This document shows positions 1 through 8,582 of a DNA stretch of 64,000 nt, one piece after another. The position numbers were made by a program, and so were the translations under genes. Origin of the DNA: a virus (taxonomy: Duplodnaviria; Caudoviricetes). The stretch lies in IMG/VR virus record IMGVR_UViG_3300035145_001308, positions 1,911-65,910 of that record; one strand, given 5' to 3'. The notes beneath the pieces are model-generated. The model saw only the letters and a program-made list of their open reading frames with translations, ran no database searches and was not told the origin of the DNA. Position 1 is the first letter of the stretch. Each line of letters opens with the position of its first letter.

Positions 1-2
1 CA

Positions 3-620
3 GTGCAAACAGTCAAAGCAACAGAAATTACTACCGAACAAGTTCAAACTGCACAGAACTTGTTGAGTGATCAAAATGCAGAACTAGCAAGTGCAACGCA
101 ACGTGTAGAAGATATGGTTGCAGCAGGATTCAACAATACAGATCCTCAACTGCAAGCTGCAAAAAGAGCAGCAGAAATAGCAGCAGAACGAGCAGCAGCA
201 ACTGAAAGAGCATTAACAAGTTTGTCTCATATGCAACGCACAGGCAGCATAAGAGGTTTTGCAGAAGGCGGAACTATCAAATCAGGAGAACTTGCACTAG
301 TAGGAGAAGACGGACCTGAGTTTATGGTTGGTAATAATGTTATGTCACAAAACACCAGTATGGGTGTAATGAACAACCTTATGAAAAGCATAAGACAACT
401 AGATGATAATGTTCAGAACCAGACGACAGAAACGCAAAATGCGATAAGTAATAATAACGATGTTGCAAATATTGAGTCTCTAATGTCAGGCAAATTTGAT
501 CAAATGATAGCACAACTACAGCAGTTAGTGAGTATAGAAACCAGCAGTGTAGCAACACAGCAAAGAAGTTTAAGGGCAACCAAAGGGTTACAGGGCAATA
601 TGTTGAAAGGTGTAGTGTAA
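3..620 (+). CDS. Tail tape-measure-like protein, C-terminal part (5' end outside the window)
   Basis: Helical Ala/Gln-rich stretch followed by GFAEGG...ELALVGEDGPE, a motif typical of phage tape-measure C-termini; the frame is open from the window edge. Confidence 0.55.
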   Translation: MQTVKATEITTEQVQTAQNLLSDQNAELASATQRVEDMVAAGFNNTDPQLQAAKRAAEIAAERAAATERALTSLSHMQRTGSIRGFAEGGTIKSGELALVGEDGPEFMVGNNVMSQNTSMGVMNNLMKSIRQLDDNVQNQTTETQNAISNNNDVANIESLMSGKFDQMIAQLQQLVSIETSSVATQQRSLRATKGLQGNMLKGVV

Positions 621-621
621 T

Positions 622-2373
622 ATGAGTTGGAAAAAATATTTTACTCCAGTACCTACTACAGATAATAGGAACGGAAGTTATTCACCGTTTAGTCTCAAAG
701 GCAACAACGGTGTTGGTCCAGCGGCAGCAAACTATTCATCACACCTTCCGGATGTATATGTTGGATCACCTAATCGTATTGAGAGATACAATCAATACAA
801 CACAATGGACAGCGACAGTGAAGTAAATGCTGCACTAGATATTCTAGCAGAGTTTTGCACTCAAAAGAACAAATCAAACGACACACATTTTCAAATAGAT
901 TTTAAAGGCAATCCTACTAACAGTGAAATACAAGTTATTGGACAGTATTTACAACAGTGGTGCAAACTTAACAAGTTTGAAACAAGAATGTTTAGAACTA
1001 TCCGTAATGCATTCAAGTACGGCGATCAGTTCTTTATTAGAGATCCAGAAACACAAAAACTGTATCATGTTGATCCTAGCCAAGTTACAAAGATTATTGT
1101 TAATGAAAGCGAAGGTAAAAAACCTGAGCAGTATGTTGTAAAAAATCTAAACTTTGCATTTGATGCATTAGAAGCAACACCTCTTAATACACAAAACAGT
1201 TATGGTCCGGGTGGTACTAATGGTTATCAGCAAGTTAAACAAACAGGTATGACTGGTACTAACAATCATACACCTAGCGGTAACACAAGTAGATTTGCTC
1301 AAGAACATGATGAAACATATATTGATGCCAATCATGTATTACATTTAAGTATGAGTGAAGGACTTGATCAAAACTATCCATTTGGTAATAGTTTGCTTGA
1401 AAGCATTTTTAAAGTATACAAACAAAAAGAACTATTAGAAGATGCGATTATTATCTATCGTGTCCAACGTGCGCCAGAGCGCAGAGTATTCTACGTTGAT
1501 GTGGGCAACATGCCTTCACACCTTGCTATGCAGTTTGTGGAGCGTGTTAAAACGGAAATACACCAAAGACGAATCCCATCCAAGACAGGTGGTGGCACAA
1601 ATGTCATAGACAGTTCATATAATCCACTGTCAATCAACGAAGACTACTTCTTTCCACAAACTGCTGAAGGGCGTGGATCAAAAGTTGAAACTCTACCAGG
1701 CGGTACTAACCTAGGAGAGATTGATGACCTTAGATACTTTACTAATAAGTTGGTACGCGGCTTACGTATCCCAAGTTCGTACTTACCAACTGGAGCAGAT
1801 GACGGCGCTTCACAGTATAATGATGGACGTGTGGGTACTGCCTATATACAAGAACTACGCTTCAACAAATATTGCGAACGTTTGCAATCCATGGTTGAAG
1901 AAGACTTCAACAAAGAGTTCAAACTATTCTTACAAAGCAAAGGCGCAAACATAGACTTTAGTATGTTTGACTTGAGGTTAACACCTCCACAAAACTTTGC
2001 AGCATACAGACAAGCAGAACTTGATAACAATCGTATTAGCACATTTACAAGTATGGCAGCAGTGCCTTACATTTCAAATAGATTTGCACTACAACGTTTC
2101 TTAGGACTAAGCGAAGAAGAGATTGCAGAGAACGAACGTTTATGGCAAGAAGAAAATGATGAAAACTTAACCGACTTAATTTCAGATGACATGGCAGGTG
2201 AAATGCGTGGCGCTGGATTAAGTGGTGCTGACTTAGCAGGAGATCTCGGAGGGCTTGAGGACGAGTTAGGTGGCGATGCTGGTGGCGTAGATGGCGGCAC
2301 TGGAGATGCACCTGAAACAAATACTGAAGCTGAACTTGGTGGAGCAGAAGCTGATACGGCACAAACTATATAA
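622..2373 (+). CDS. gp20: Portal vertex protein (T4 gp20-like)
   Basis: Motifs YNTMDSDSEVNAALD, LLEDAIIIYRVQRAPERRVFYVDVGNMP, EDYFFP...GRGSKVETLPGG.NLGEIDDLRYF; acidic C-terminal tail. Confidence 0.95.
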   Translation: MSWKKYFTPVPTTDNRNGSYSPFSLKGNNGVGPAAANYSSHLPDVYVGSPNRIERYNQYNTMDSDSEVNAALDILAEFCTQKNKSNDTHFQIDFKGNPTNSEIQVIGQYLQQWCKLNKFETRMFRTIRNAFKYGDQFFIRDPETQKLYHVDPSQVTKIIVNESEGKKPEQYVVKNLNFAFDALEATPLNTQNSYGPGGTNGYQQVKQTGMTGTNNHTPSGNTSRFAQEHDETYIDANHVLHLSMSEGLDQNYPFGNSLLESIFKVYKQKELLEDAIIIYRVQRAPERRVFYVDVGNMPSHLAMQFVERVKTEIHQRRIPSKTGGGTNVIDSSYNPLSINEDYFFPQTAEGRGSKVETLPGGTNLGEIDDLRYFTNKLVRGLRIPSSYLPTGADDGASQYNDGRVGTAYIQELRFNKYCERLQSMVEEDFNKEFKLFLQSKGANIDFSMFDLRLTPPQNFAAYRQAELDNNRISTFTSMAAVPYISNRFALQRFLGLSEEEIAENERLWQEENDENLTDLISDDMAGEMRGAGLSGADLAGDLGGLEDELGGDAGGVDGGTGDAPETNTEAELGGAEADTAQTI

Positions 2374-2376
2374 ATA
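2369..2376 (+). promoter_or_regulatory. T4-type late promoter TATAAATA, 5 nt upstream of the ATG at 2382
   Basis: Exact T4 late -10 box; no Shine-Dalgarno between the box and the ATG. Confidence 0.7.
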
Positions 2377-2381
2377 ATAAT

Positions 2382-2630
2382 ATGATACTACGAGAACTAT
2401 ATTACTTTGACCAAGATACAATGGAACCAGTTGAGGATCAAACATATGATCCTGAAAACGATAAAAGTGTGGTCGATATAGATGATAGTCGTAAAAGTAA
2501 ACTTTCATTAAAGGATATTAATCGCGCCCGCAAAGCCAGTGATGCTCATAGAGAGCAAAAAGCTAAAGACTTAAACTACATTAGACAAATGTATGGATTA
2601 GCAGCACAGGCAGCCGCCGGTGGGATGTAA
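2382..2630 (+). CDS. Small hypothetical head-module protein (82 aa)
   Basis: ORF directly after the portal gene with its own late promoter; acidic N-half and basic helical C-half (RKSKLSLKDINRARK). Confidence 0.7.
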   Translation: MILRELYYFDQDTMEPVEDQTYDPENDKSVVDIDDSRKSKLSLKDINRARKASDAHREQKAKDLNYIRQMYGLAAQAAAGGM

Positions 2631-3223
2631 TGAGCAGAAAAAAAGCGTTTGTATTAGGCAACGGTACTAGTCGCCAAAAGATAAATCATCATAAACTAAA
2701 AGAACACGGAACTGTATACGGTTGCAACGGACTATACAGAGAGTTTGTTCCTGATCATTTAGTAGCAGTAGACACTAAAATGATTATTGAAATAGCTGAA
2801 ACCGGATATCATGCTAAACACAGTGTTTGGTCAAACAGAAACAAACTAACAGAAAAACATCATGATGTAAAAATTATGGAACCTAACAAAGGCTGGAGTA
2901 GCGGACCTACTGCATTATTGTTAGCTTCTCAGCATGAACATAAACAAATATTCATTTTAGGTTTTGATTATGTAGGTATAGGTAAAGATAAAGAACGTGT
3001 AAACAATGTATATGCTGGTACTAGAAACTATAAAAAACTAGAAGATAGAGCAACATATTATGGTAACTGGCAAAGACAAACTATGATGTGTATAAATCAG
3101 TATCCTAGGACTAAATACTATCGAGTGCTTGAAACAGCAGAGGATTACATACCAGATCATTTAAAAGATTTATCTAACCTATCGCATATAACTATAGATG
3201 ATTTTAACAAGATTTATGGGTAA
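2630..3223 (+). CDS. MptE-like/Maf(DUF115)/CstII-type glycosyltransferase-like protein
   Basis: AFVLGNGTSR, YGCNGLYRE..PDHLVAVD, GWSSGPTA, IFILGFD: the GNGxS/GxD pattern of the Maf/CstII sialyltransferase-like fold. Confidence 0.6.
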   Translation: MSRKKAFVLGNGTSRQKINHHKLKEHGTVYGCNGLYREFVPDHLVAVDTKMIIEIAETGYHAKHSVWSNRNKLTEKHHDVKIMEPNKGWSSGPTALLLASQHEHKQIFILGFDYVGIGKDKERVNNVYAGTRNYKKLEDRATYYGNWQRQTMMCINQYPRTKYYRVLETAEDYIPDHLKDLSNLSHITIDDFNKIYG

Positions 3224-3320
3224 AACCATAAAACGGGCTGTTTTGACCCCATTTTCAGCGTATATTTTAAATAATGTGTAAATATAATAGACAGCCTTGT
3301 AACATATAAAGGAGATTAAC

Positions 3321-4295
3321 ATGACTGATCGCAACAAGTTTGAAGAAATGCTTGAGCGTCTTGTCAACGAAGACAAAGAAGGTGCAGAAGCATTATTCCA
3401 CGAAATCGTGGTAGAAAAATCAAGAGATATTTACGAATCACTACTTGAAGATGAAGAAGTAGAAGAAACAACTGATGAAGAAGTTGATGAAGCTACAGAT
3501 GAAGAAGTAGATGAATCAGAAGAAGATTTAGACGAAGCAACTGATGAAGAAGTTGATGAAGCTACAGATGAAGAAGTAGAAGAAACAACTGATCAAGAAG
3601 TAGACGAGTTTATCGAGCCAGCTTTAGAAGGTGACCCAGTAGATGACATGATGGGTGACGTAGAAGACCCAGATATGGGCGGAGACATGGACATGGGCGG
3701 CGACGACATGGGCATGGGCGACGAAGAAGAAGATCTAGCTGACGAAGTTGCAGACCTAAAAGACGAACTAGAAGCATTAAAAGCTGAGTTTGAAGCAATG
3801 ATGGGCGACGAAGAGCCAGGAGACGAAGAGCCAGCTGACGACATGCCAATGGACATGGATTCAGAAGAAGGCGAAGACGAAATGGAAGCCTTTGAAGCAA
3901 CAGACGAAGAAGTTGAAGAAGCAACAGACGAAGAAGTTGAAGAAGCAACAGACGAAGAAGTTGAAGAATCAAAAACTGCAAAGTCACAAACAGAAATCAT
4001 GCGTGAATACACAGATAAAGTCACAGCATCAATGGGCGACAATGGCGCAAATGCAACATCACCAGTAGCAGGCAAAAACGATATGGGCGGAACAGCATCA
4101 AATATCGTAGCAGGCGGCGAAGCTGATACAAAAGGCACAGGCGCAAGCTCACCTAAAGAAGATAACGCAGGGAACAGAAACGTTCCAGGCGGTACAAGTG
4201 CTAAATCAGGCACTAAAAACGAACCTGGCCACGGCGCTGAGAAAAAGGGCAAGCCAGAGCAAGCAGCTAATACTAAACCAGTAATTGGCGGCTAA
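3321..4295 (+). CDS. Very acidic prohead core/scaffold-associated protein
   Basis: AAGGAG RBS; located just upstream of the prohead protease; E/D-rich with tandem (V/L)-x-E-A-T-D-E-E repeats. Confidence 0.7.
   Translation: MTDRNKFEEMLERLVNEDKEGAEALFHEIVVEKSRDIYESLLEDEEVEETTDEEVDEATDEEVDESEEDLDEATDEEVDEATDEEVEETTDQEVDEFIEPALEGDPVDDMMGDVEDPDMGGDMDMGGDDMGMGDEEEDLADEVADLKDELEALKAEFEAMMGDEEPGDEEPADDMPMDMDSEEGEDEMEAFEATDEEVEEATDEEVEEATDEEVEESKTAKSQTEIMREYTDKVTASMGDNGANATSPVAGKNDMGGTASNIVAGGEADTKGTGASSPKEDNAGNRNVPGGTSAKSGTKNEPGHGAEKKGKPEQAANTKPVIGG
3895..3968 (+). repeat. 24-bp in-frame tandem repeat (about 3 copies, EATDEEVE); related degenerate array at ~3453-3607
   Basis: gaagcaacagacgaagaagttgaa is repeated. 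Confidence 0.85.
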
Positions 4296-4311
4296 ACTGA
4301 AGGACTGACGC

Positions 4312-4935
4312 ATGAAACTACTTAACGAACATCTGAGTTTCGACCAGGCTAAAATTGTTGTTGAGTCTGCCAACGAAGGCAAAGATCTTTACATGAAAGG
4401 TATTTGCATTCAAGGCGGAGTACGCAACGCAAATCAGCGTGTTTATCCCGTTAACGAGATTGGCAGGGCTGTCACCACACTCAACGAACAAATTAGTGGT
4501 GGCTACTCAGTGTTAGGAGAAGTAGATCATCCAGATGGACTTAACATTAACTTAGATCGTGTAAGCCATATGATCACAGAAATGTGGATGGATGGACCAA
4601 ACGGTTATGGCAAGTTAAAAGTTTTACCTACCCCGATGGGACAACTAGTTAAAACAATGCTAGAAAGCAGCGTTAAACTAGGTGTTTCATCGAGAGGTAG
4701 CGGTAATGTAAGCGAAAGCGGTAACGGTGAAGTATCAGATTTTGAGATTATCACTGTAGACGTTGTGGCGCAGCCAAGTGCGCCAGGCGCATACCCAACA
4801 CCGATATACGAACATCTTATGAATAGCCGAGGCGGTTATAGGGCGTTCCAAACATCAAGGGAAGTTCAAGGCGACAAACAGGCACAAAAGTATTTAAAAG
4901 AGAGTCTATTACATATAATAGACAAACTCCGCTAA
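4312..4935 (+). CDS. gp21: Prohead core protease (T4 gp21-like)
   Basis: GICIQGGVRNANQRVYP, LGEVDHP, VSHMIT, TPMGQ, LGVSSRGSG, TVDVVAQPSAPGAYP. Confidence 0.95.
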   Translation: MKLLNEHLSFDQAKIVVESANEGKDLYMKGICIQGGVRNANQRVYPVNEIGRAVTTLNEQISGGYSVLGEVDHPDGLNINLDRVSHMITEMWMDGPNGYGKLKVLPTPMGQLVKTMLESSVKLGVSSRGSGNVSESGNGEVSDFEIITVDVVAQPSAPGAYPTPIYEHLMNSRGGYRAFQTSREVQGDKQAQKYLKESLLHIIDKLR

Positions 4936-4952
4936 CTAGGAGAGGATAGAAA

Positions 4953-6044
4953 ATGTTAGATGCACTAAAATCACTCTTCGAAAACTCAGCACTATCGGAA
5001 GAAGTGCGTACTGAACTAGAAGAAGCATGGAACGCAAAGGTGAAAGAAAATCGCCTGCAAGTAACAGCTGAACTACGTGAAGAATTTGCTAAAAAGTATG
5101 AGCATGATAAATCAACAATGGTTGAAGCCATTGATGCTATGATGACAGAAAAACTTAGTGAAGAAATCGCAGAGTTTGCTGAAGACCGTAAACAATTAGC
5201 AGAAGCTAAAGCAAAGTTTGCAGTTGCACAACGTTCAAATGCTAATCTAATGAAGAACTTTGTTTCTGAGCAACTTGCAAAAGAAATCAAAGAACTACAC
5301 GCTGATCAAAAAGCAACAAAAGATAAGTTTGTTGCTCTAGAAGAGTTTGTAGTAGAAGCACTTGCAAAAGAACTTGCAGAGTTTTACGAAGATAAAAAAG
5401 ATCTTGCCGAAACAAAAGTACGTCTTGTACGTGAAGGCAAAGCTCATGTTGATAAAGTTAAACAAACTTTTATCAAGAAAAGTGCAGCATTAGTATCTGA
5501 AACAGTGTCAAAAACTCTTACAAAAGAGATTTCAGCATTAAAAGAAGATATTGACGCAGCACGTGAAAATGATTTTGGTCGTAAGTTATTCGAAGCATTC
5601 GCTAATGAATATCAACACTCATATCTTAACGAGAAGAGTGAAACTTCAAAACTTCTAAAAGTTGTAGATACTAAAAATCAACAGCTATCAGAAGCTAAAG
5701 AAGCAGCGGCTAAAGCAATCAAACTTGCAGAAGCACAAGCAAATCAAAATAAAATGATCACTGAAAGTGTGAAACGCAAAGAAATGATCGACGATATGGT
5801 TTCGCCATTAAGCAAAGACCAACGTGATATTATGATGGACTTACTGGAATCAGTTCAAACACCAAAGCTACGCTCGGCGTTTGACAAGTATCTACCGGCA
5901 GTAATCGACGGTAACACTCCAGCAAAGAAGAAGGCAGTACTAGCAGAGGCAAAAGAAGTAACAGGCAACAGAGAAAACAAAAATGACATCAAAGCAGACG
6001 TAGACCACAATGTGGTTGACCTAAAACGTCTTGCTGGATTATAA
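4953..6044 (+). CDS. gp22: Prohead core scaffold protein (gp22-like)
   Basis: Long coiled coil between the protease and major capsid genes; strong GGAGAGG RBS; ends VVDLKRLAGL. Confidence 0.8.
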   Translation: MLDALKSLFENSALSEEVRTELEEAWNAKVKENRLQVTAELREEFAKKYEHDKSTMVEAIDAMMTEKLSEEIAEFAEDRKQLAEAKAKFAVAQRSNANLMKNFVSEQLAKEIKELHADQKATKDKFVALEEFVVEALAKELAEFYEDKKDLAETKVRLVREGKAHVDKVKQTFIKKSAALVSETVSKTLTKEISALKEDIDAARENDFGRKLFEAFANEYQHSYLNEKSETSKLLKVVDTKNQQLSEAKEAAAKAIKLAEAQANQNKMITESVKRKEMIDDMVSPLSKDQRDIMMDLLESVQTPKLRSAFDKYLPAVIDGNTPAKKKAVLAEAKEVTGNRENKNDIKADVDHNVVDLKRLAGL

Positions 6045-6057
6045 AGAGGAGAAACCA

Positions 6058-7227
6058 ATGTCAGAACTATTAGAAAGTCGCTGGCAAGATACAAAAACAG
6101 CACTTCTTGAAGGCCTTTCAGGCAACCAAAAAGCTGTAATGGCATCAACTCTAGAAAATACTCGCAAGTATCTTTCAGAGACAGCAACAGCTGGTGCTAC
6201 ATCTGCCGGTAACATCGCAACTTTAAACCGTGTGATCCTTCCAGTGATCAGACGTGTTATGCCAACAGTCATCGCAAACGAGATTGTTGGTGTTCAACCA
6301 ATGACTGGTCCAGTTGGTCAGATCCACACTCTACGTGTACGTTACAGTGATTCATTCACTGGTGCATCAGGTGGTTCAACAACAGCTGGTGAAGAAGCAC
6401 TTTCACCTTTCAAAATTGCAGAAGGATATTCAGGTAACACTAACGGTGTTGCTGATTCAACTGCAACACTTGAAGGTAGTGCAGGTAACAGACTAAGCAT
6501 TCAGATCTTGAAACAGACTGTAGAAGCGAAAACACGTAAGTTAAGCGCACGTTGGACCTTCGAAGCTGCTCAAGACGCTCAGTCACAGCACGGCATCGAC
6601 GTAGAAGCAGAAATCATGGCTGCATTAGCACAAGAGATTACTGCTGAAATCGACCAAGAGATTCTTTCATCTCTAAAAACATTAGCAGGTACAGGTACTG
6701 ACACATATAACCAAACAACAGTATCAGGTACAGCAACATTCGTAGGTGACGAACATGCAGCATTAGCAGTTCTAATCAACCGCGCAGCAAACAGAATCGC
6801 ACAGCGTACAAGACGTGGTGCTGGTAACTGGGCAGTTGTGTCTCCAGCAATGTTGACTGTTCTACAGTCTGCAACAACTTCTGCATTTGCACGTACAACA
6901 GAAGGCACATTTGAAGCACCAACAAACACAAAAATGGTTGGTACATTAAATGGCGCAATGAAAGTATACGTAAACACATATGCAGCAGATGATGACGTAT
7001 TAGTCGGATACAAAGGTACATCAGAATCAGACGCAGCAGCGTTCTACTGCCCATACATCCCATTGATGTCAAGCGGTGTTGTACTAGATCCAACATCATT
7101 CGAACCAACAGTGTCATTTATGACTCGTTACGGATATGTTGAGCTATCAAACAACGCATCGTCACTAGGTAACGCAGCTGACTACTTGGAAACAGTAGAG
7201 CAAGCAGGCGCATTGTCTTTCAGCTAA
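6058..7227 (+). CDS. gp23: Major capsid protein (gp23-like)
   Basis: ILPVIRRVMP, VGVQPMTGPVGQI, VEAKTRKLSARWT.EAAQD, FYCPYIPL, FMTRYG; start set at the ATG at 6058 after a GAGGAG RBS. Confidence 0.97.
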   Translation: MSELLESRWQDTKTALLEGLSGNQKAVMASTLENTRKYLSETATAGATSAGNIATLNRVILPVIRRVMPTVIANEIVGVQPMTGPVGQIHTLRVRYSDSFTGASGGSTTAGEEALSPFKIAEGYSGNTNGVADSTATLEGSAGNRLSIQILKQTVEAKTRKLSARWTFEAAQDAQSQHGIDVEAEIMAALAQEITAEIDQEILSSLKTLAGTGTDTYNQTTVSGTATFVGDEHAALAVLINRAANRIAQRTRRGAGNWAVVSPAMLTVLQSATTSAFARTTEGTFEAPTNTKMVGTLNGAMKVYVNTYAADDDVLVGYKGTSESDAAAFYCPYIPLMSSGVVLDPTSFEPTVSFMTRYGYVELSNNASSLGNAADYLETVEQAGALSFS

Positions 7228-7247
7228 GTTTTTACCAAACAAGTTTT

Positions 7248-7274
7248 AAAATAGGCCCTACGGGGCCTATTTTT
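7248..7274 (+). terminator. Rho-independent terminator after the major capsid gene
   Basis: aaaataggccc-TACG-gggcctattttt, a perfect stem with a UNCG loop and U tail. Confidence 0.9.
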
Positions 7275-7288
7275 ATGATAACTACTAT

Positions 7289-7987
7289 ATGGACATAAGT
7301 GTAGAAAAAACCCCAAAACAAAAACTAAGTCAGTATGCAGTTGACACAGCAAGTAGTGTAAGTATTACACATTTGCCTAAAACTGATTTATCTCGTGTAA
7401 AAGATGCAGCAATAGAGTTAAACCAACAAGCAGGTAGTGCAAAAGCAGTTGCACACATTGCTGCACGTAATATTCAAAGCCAAAGTGAACTACATGAAAA
7501 CTGTATTGCTATGCGCAAAGCAGGTGTAGATAAGGTTTTGCTTATAGGTGGTAGCACATACGAAGGCAAAGTATATCAAACTTTTTATGAAGTACGTAAC
7601 GAGATCGAAGAATATGGATTTAAAATGTATTGTGGTGTGTATCCACAAAGCGAAACATATTCAAATATGCAATGGACAAAATACATGCATTTTGAAGGCG
7701 GCATTAGTCAACTTTGTTTTAATCCAAGACTACTTAACACTTGGGAAAAGAAAACAAGATTTGGCGTTGCCACAAATTGCACACTGAACGGGCTTTGGAA
7801 GTATGCTAAGTTATGCGGACTTACTGATAGTGTTGCATACGCTGTAGGTAACTTGAGAGGACTTACTTATGTTAGTGCCAAAGGATTTAACACAGTAAAA
7901 TTTGTAAAAGATTTAAGAAATAATCCTATTCATTTATATAACTTTGGCAAGTTAGATCAAACACTTTTACAACTGGAGATGATGTAA
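7289..7987 (+). CDS. Methylenetetrahydrofolate reductase (MetF)-like flavin TIM-barrel protein
   Basis: ISVEKTP, VAHIAARN, VLLIGG, GVYP, ISQLCFN and HLYNFG match, in order, the MetF motifs SxE..P, HxxAR, LxxxG, xYP, ITQxxF and HFY; shorter than cellular MetF. Confidence 0.65.
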   Translation: MDISVEKTPKQKLSQYAVDTASSVSITHLPKTDLSRVKDAAIELNQQAGSAKAVAHIAARNIQSQSELHENCIAMRKAGVDKVLLIGGSTYEGKVYQTFYEVRNEIEEYGFKMYCGVYPQSETYSNMQWTKYMHFEGGISQLCFNPRLLNTWEKKTRFGVATNCTLNGLWKYAKLCGLTDSVAYAVGNLRGLTYVSAKGFNTVKFVKDLRNNPIHLYNFGKLDQTLLQLEMM

Positions 7988-8181
7988 TGTTAGAAAAAGG
8001 ACAAGTATACAAGTTCACAGGAATATGGGGACATATTAAACCAGACACATGGGGACAGAATCGTGTTGATGTGTTATTCAAAAGAAACGAACATAAACTA
8101 GTTTTAGGTGACCATGTGCAGTATGATCTTACTGAAAGAAAAGAAAGAAAATATGCAGAAAATCTTAAAAAAATAGGTTGA
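7987..8181 (+). CDS. Cold-shock-domain (OB-fold)-like small protein
   Basis: G.VYKF..WGHIKPD...DVLF....L..GD.V.Y....YAENL follows the CspA strand pattern; 64 aa. Confidence 0.6.
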   Translation: MLEKGQVYKFTGIWGHIKPDTWGQNRVDVLFKRNEHKLVLGDHVQYDLTERKERKYAENLKKIG

Positions 8182-8206
8182 CCTTTAGAGATTCTTTTGT
8201 TATATT
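8178..8206 (+). promoter_or_regulatory. Sigma70-type promoter driving the downstream ncRNA
   Basis: TTGACC (8178-8183), 17 bp spacer, TATATT (8201-8206); A-rich UP-like tract upstream. Confidence 0.7.
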
Positions 8207-8212
8207 ATAAAC

Positions 8213-8424
8213 ATAACAAAGACGACGGTCCTAGTTAGATAGTGCAAGGAAACGCTGCTAACCCAGGCAGTAACTTGATTCACACGCTGTGGTGGCGCTG
8301 TAAGACTTAGGTGACTAAGAGTTGCAGAGAAAGTAGAACTAACCATTCTATTGTGAAGTTCCGTGCTGTTTTGAGCCTGATGGGGCATAGTGCGGTTGTT
8401 GGTAATCAGTAGTCCAACCTATCA
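8213..8424 (+). ncRNA. Candidate large structured ncRNA (multi-helix, possible kissing loop; possibly manA-like class)
   Basis: Nested helices found by eye: GATAG/CTATC closing, CAAG/CTTG, CTGCT/GGCAG, TTCACA/TGTGAA, CGCT/GGCG, CTGTAA/TTGCAG, CTTAG-GTGA-CTAAG (GNRA loop), TAGAA/TTCTA, CCGTGCTGT/ATAGTGCGG, GTTGG/CCAAC. Bounded by a promoter and terminator, GC-richer than its flanks, no sensible ORF. Confidence 0.75.
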
Positions 8425-8432
8425 TATATTAT

Positions 8433-8462
8433 AAAAAGGTCTATTTTGATAGGCCTTTTTTT
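8433..8462 (+). terminator. Bidirectional-type intrinsic terminator after the ncRNA
   Basis: aaaaaggtctat-tttg-ataggcctttttt. Confidence 0.85.
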
Positions 8463-8492
8463 ATGAACATTATAACCCATTTTTTCCTTTTT

Positions 8493-8500
8493 GATAAATA
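8493..8500 (+). promoter_or_regulatory. Late promoter GATAAATA for the fibre/virion operon
   Basis: Same octamer as before several other structural genes (17941, 34640, 40146, 40891, 43018, 43526, 47608). Confidence 0.7.
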
Positions 8501-8582
8501 CTTATGTCATGATAAGAGCCTCATGATGAGGACTTATGCGGAACCAACCGCGTAGACCTAGAACGTCATAAAGGAGAAACAA
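8501..8582 (+). promoter_or_regulatory. Structured 5' leader of the structural operon
   Basis: Hairpins ATAAG..CCTCA-TGA-TGAGG..CTTAT and GCGG-AACCAA-CCGC just before the AGGAG RBS. Confidence 0.5.

Noticed and set aside
3453-3968. CRISPR-like periodic repeats
   Set aside because: In-frame coding tandem repeats without unique spacers; no cas genes.
8200-8388. 62-aa minus-strand ORF over the ncRNA region
   Set aside because: No recognisable protein features; promoter, terminator and G-U pairing all favour a + strand RNA.
8213-8424. tRNA, tmRNA, RNase P or group I intron identity for the structured RNA
   Set aside because: No T-loop or CCA end, no tag frame, no GAGGAAAGUCC core, no ordered P/Q/R/S elements, and it does not interrupt a gene.
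8519-8560. Hammerhead ribozyme-like TGATGAG in the leader
   Set aside because: Core reads ATGATGA rather than CTGATGA and no properly placed GAAA; it is simply a hairpin.
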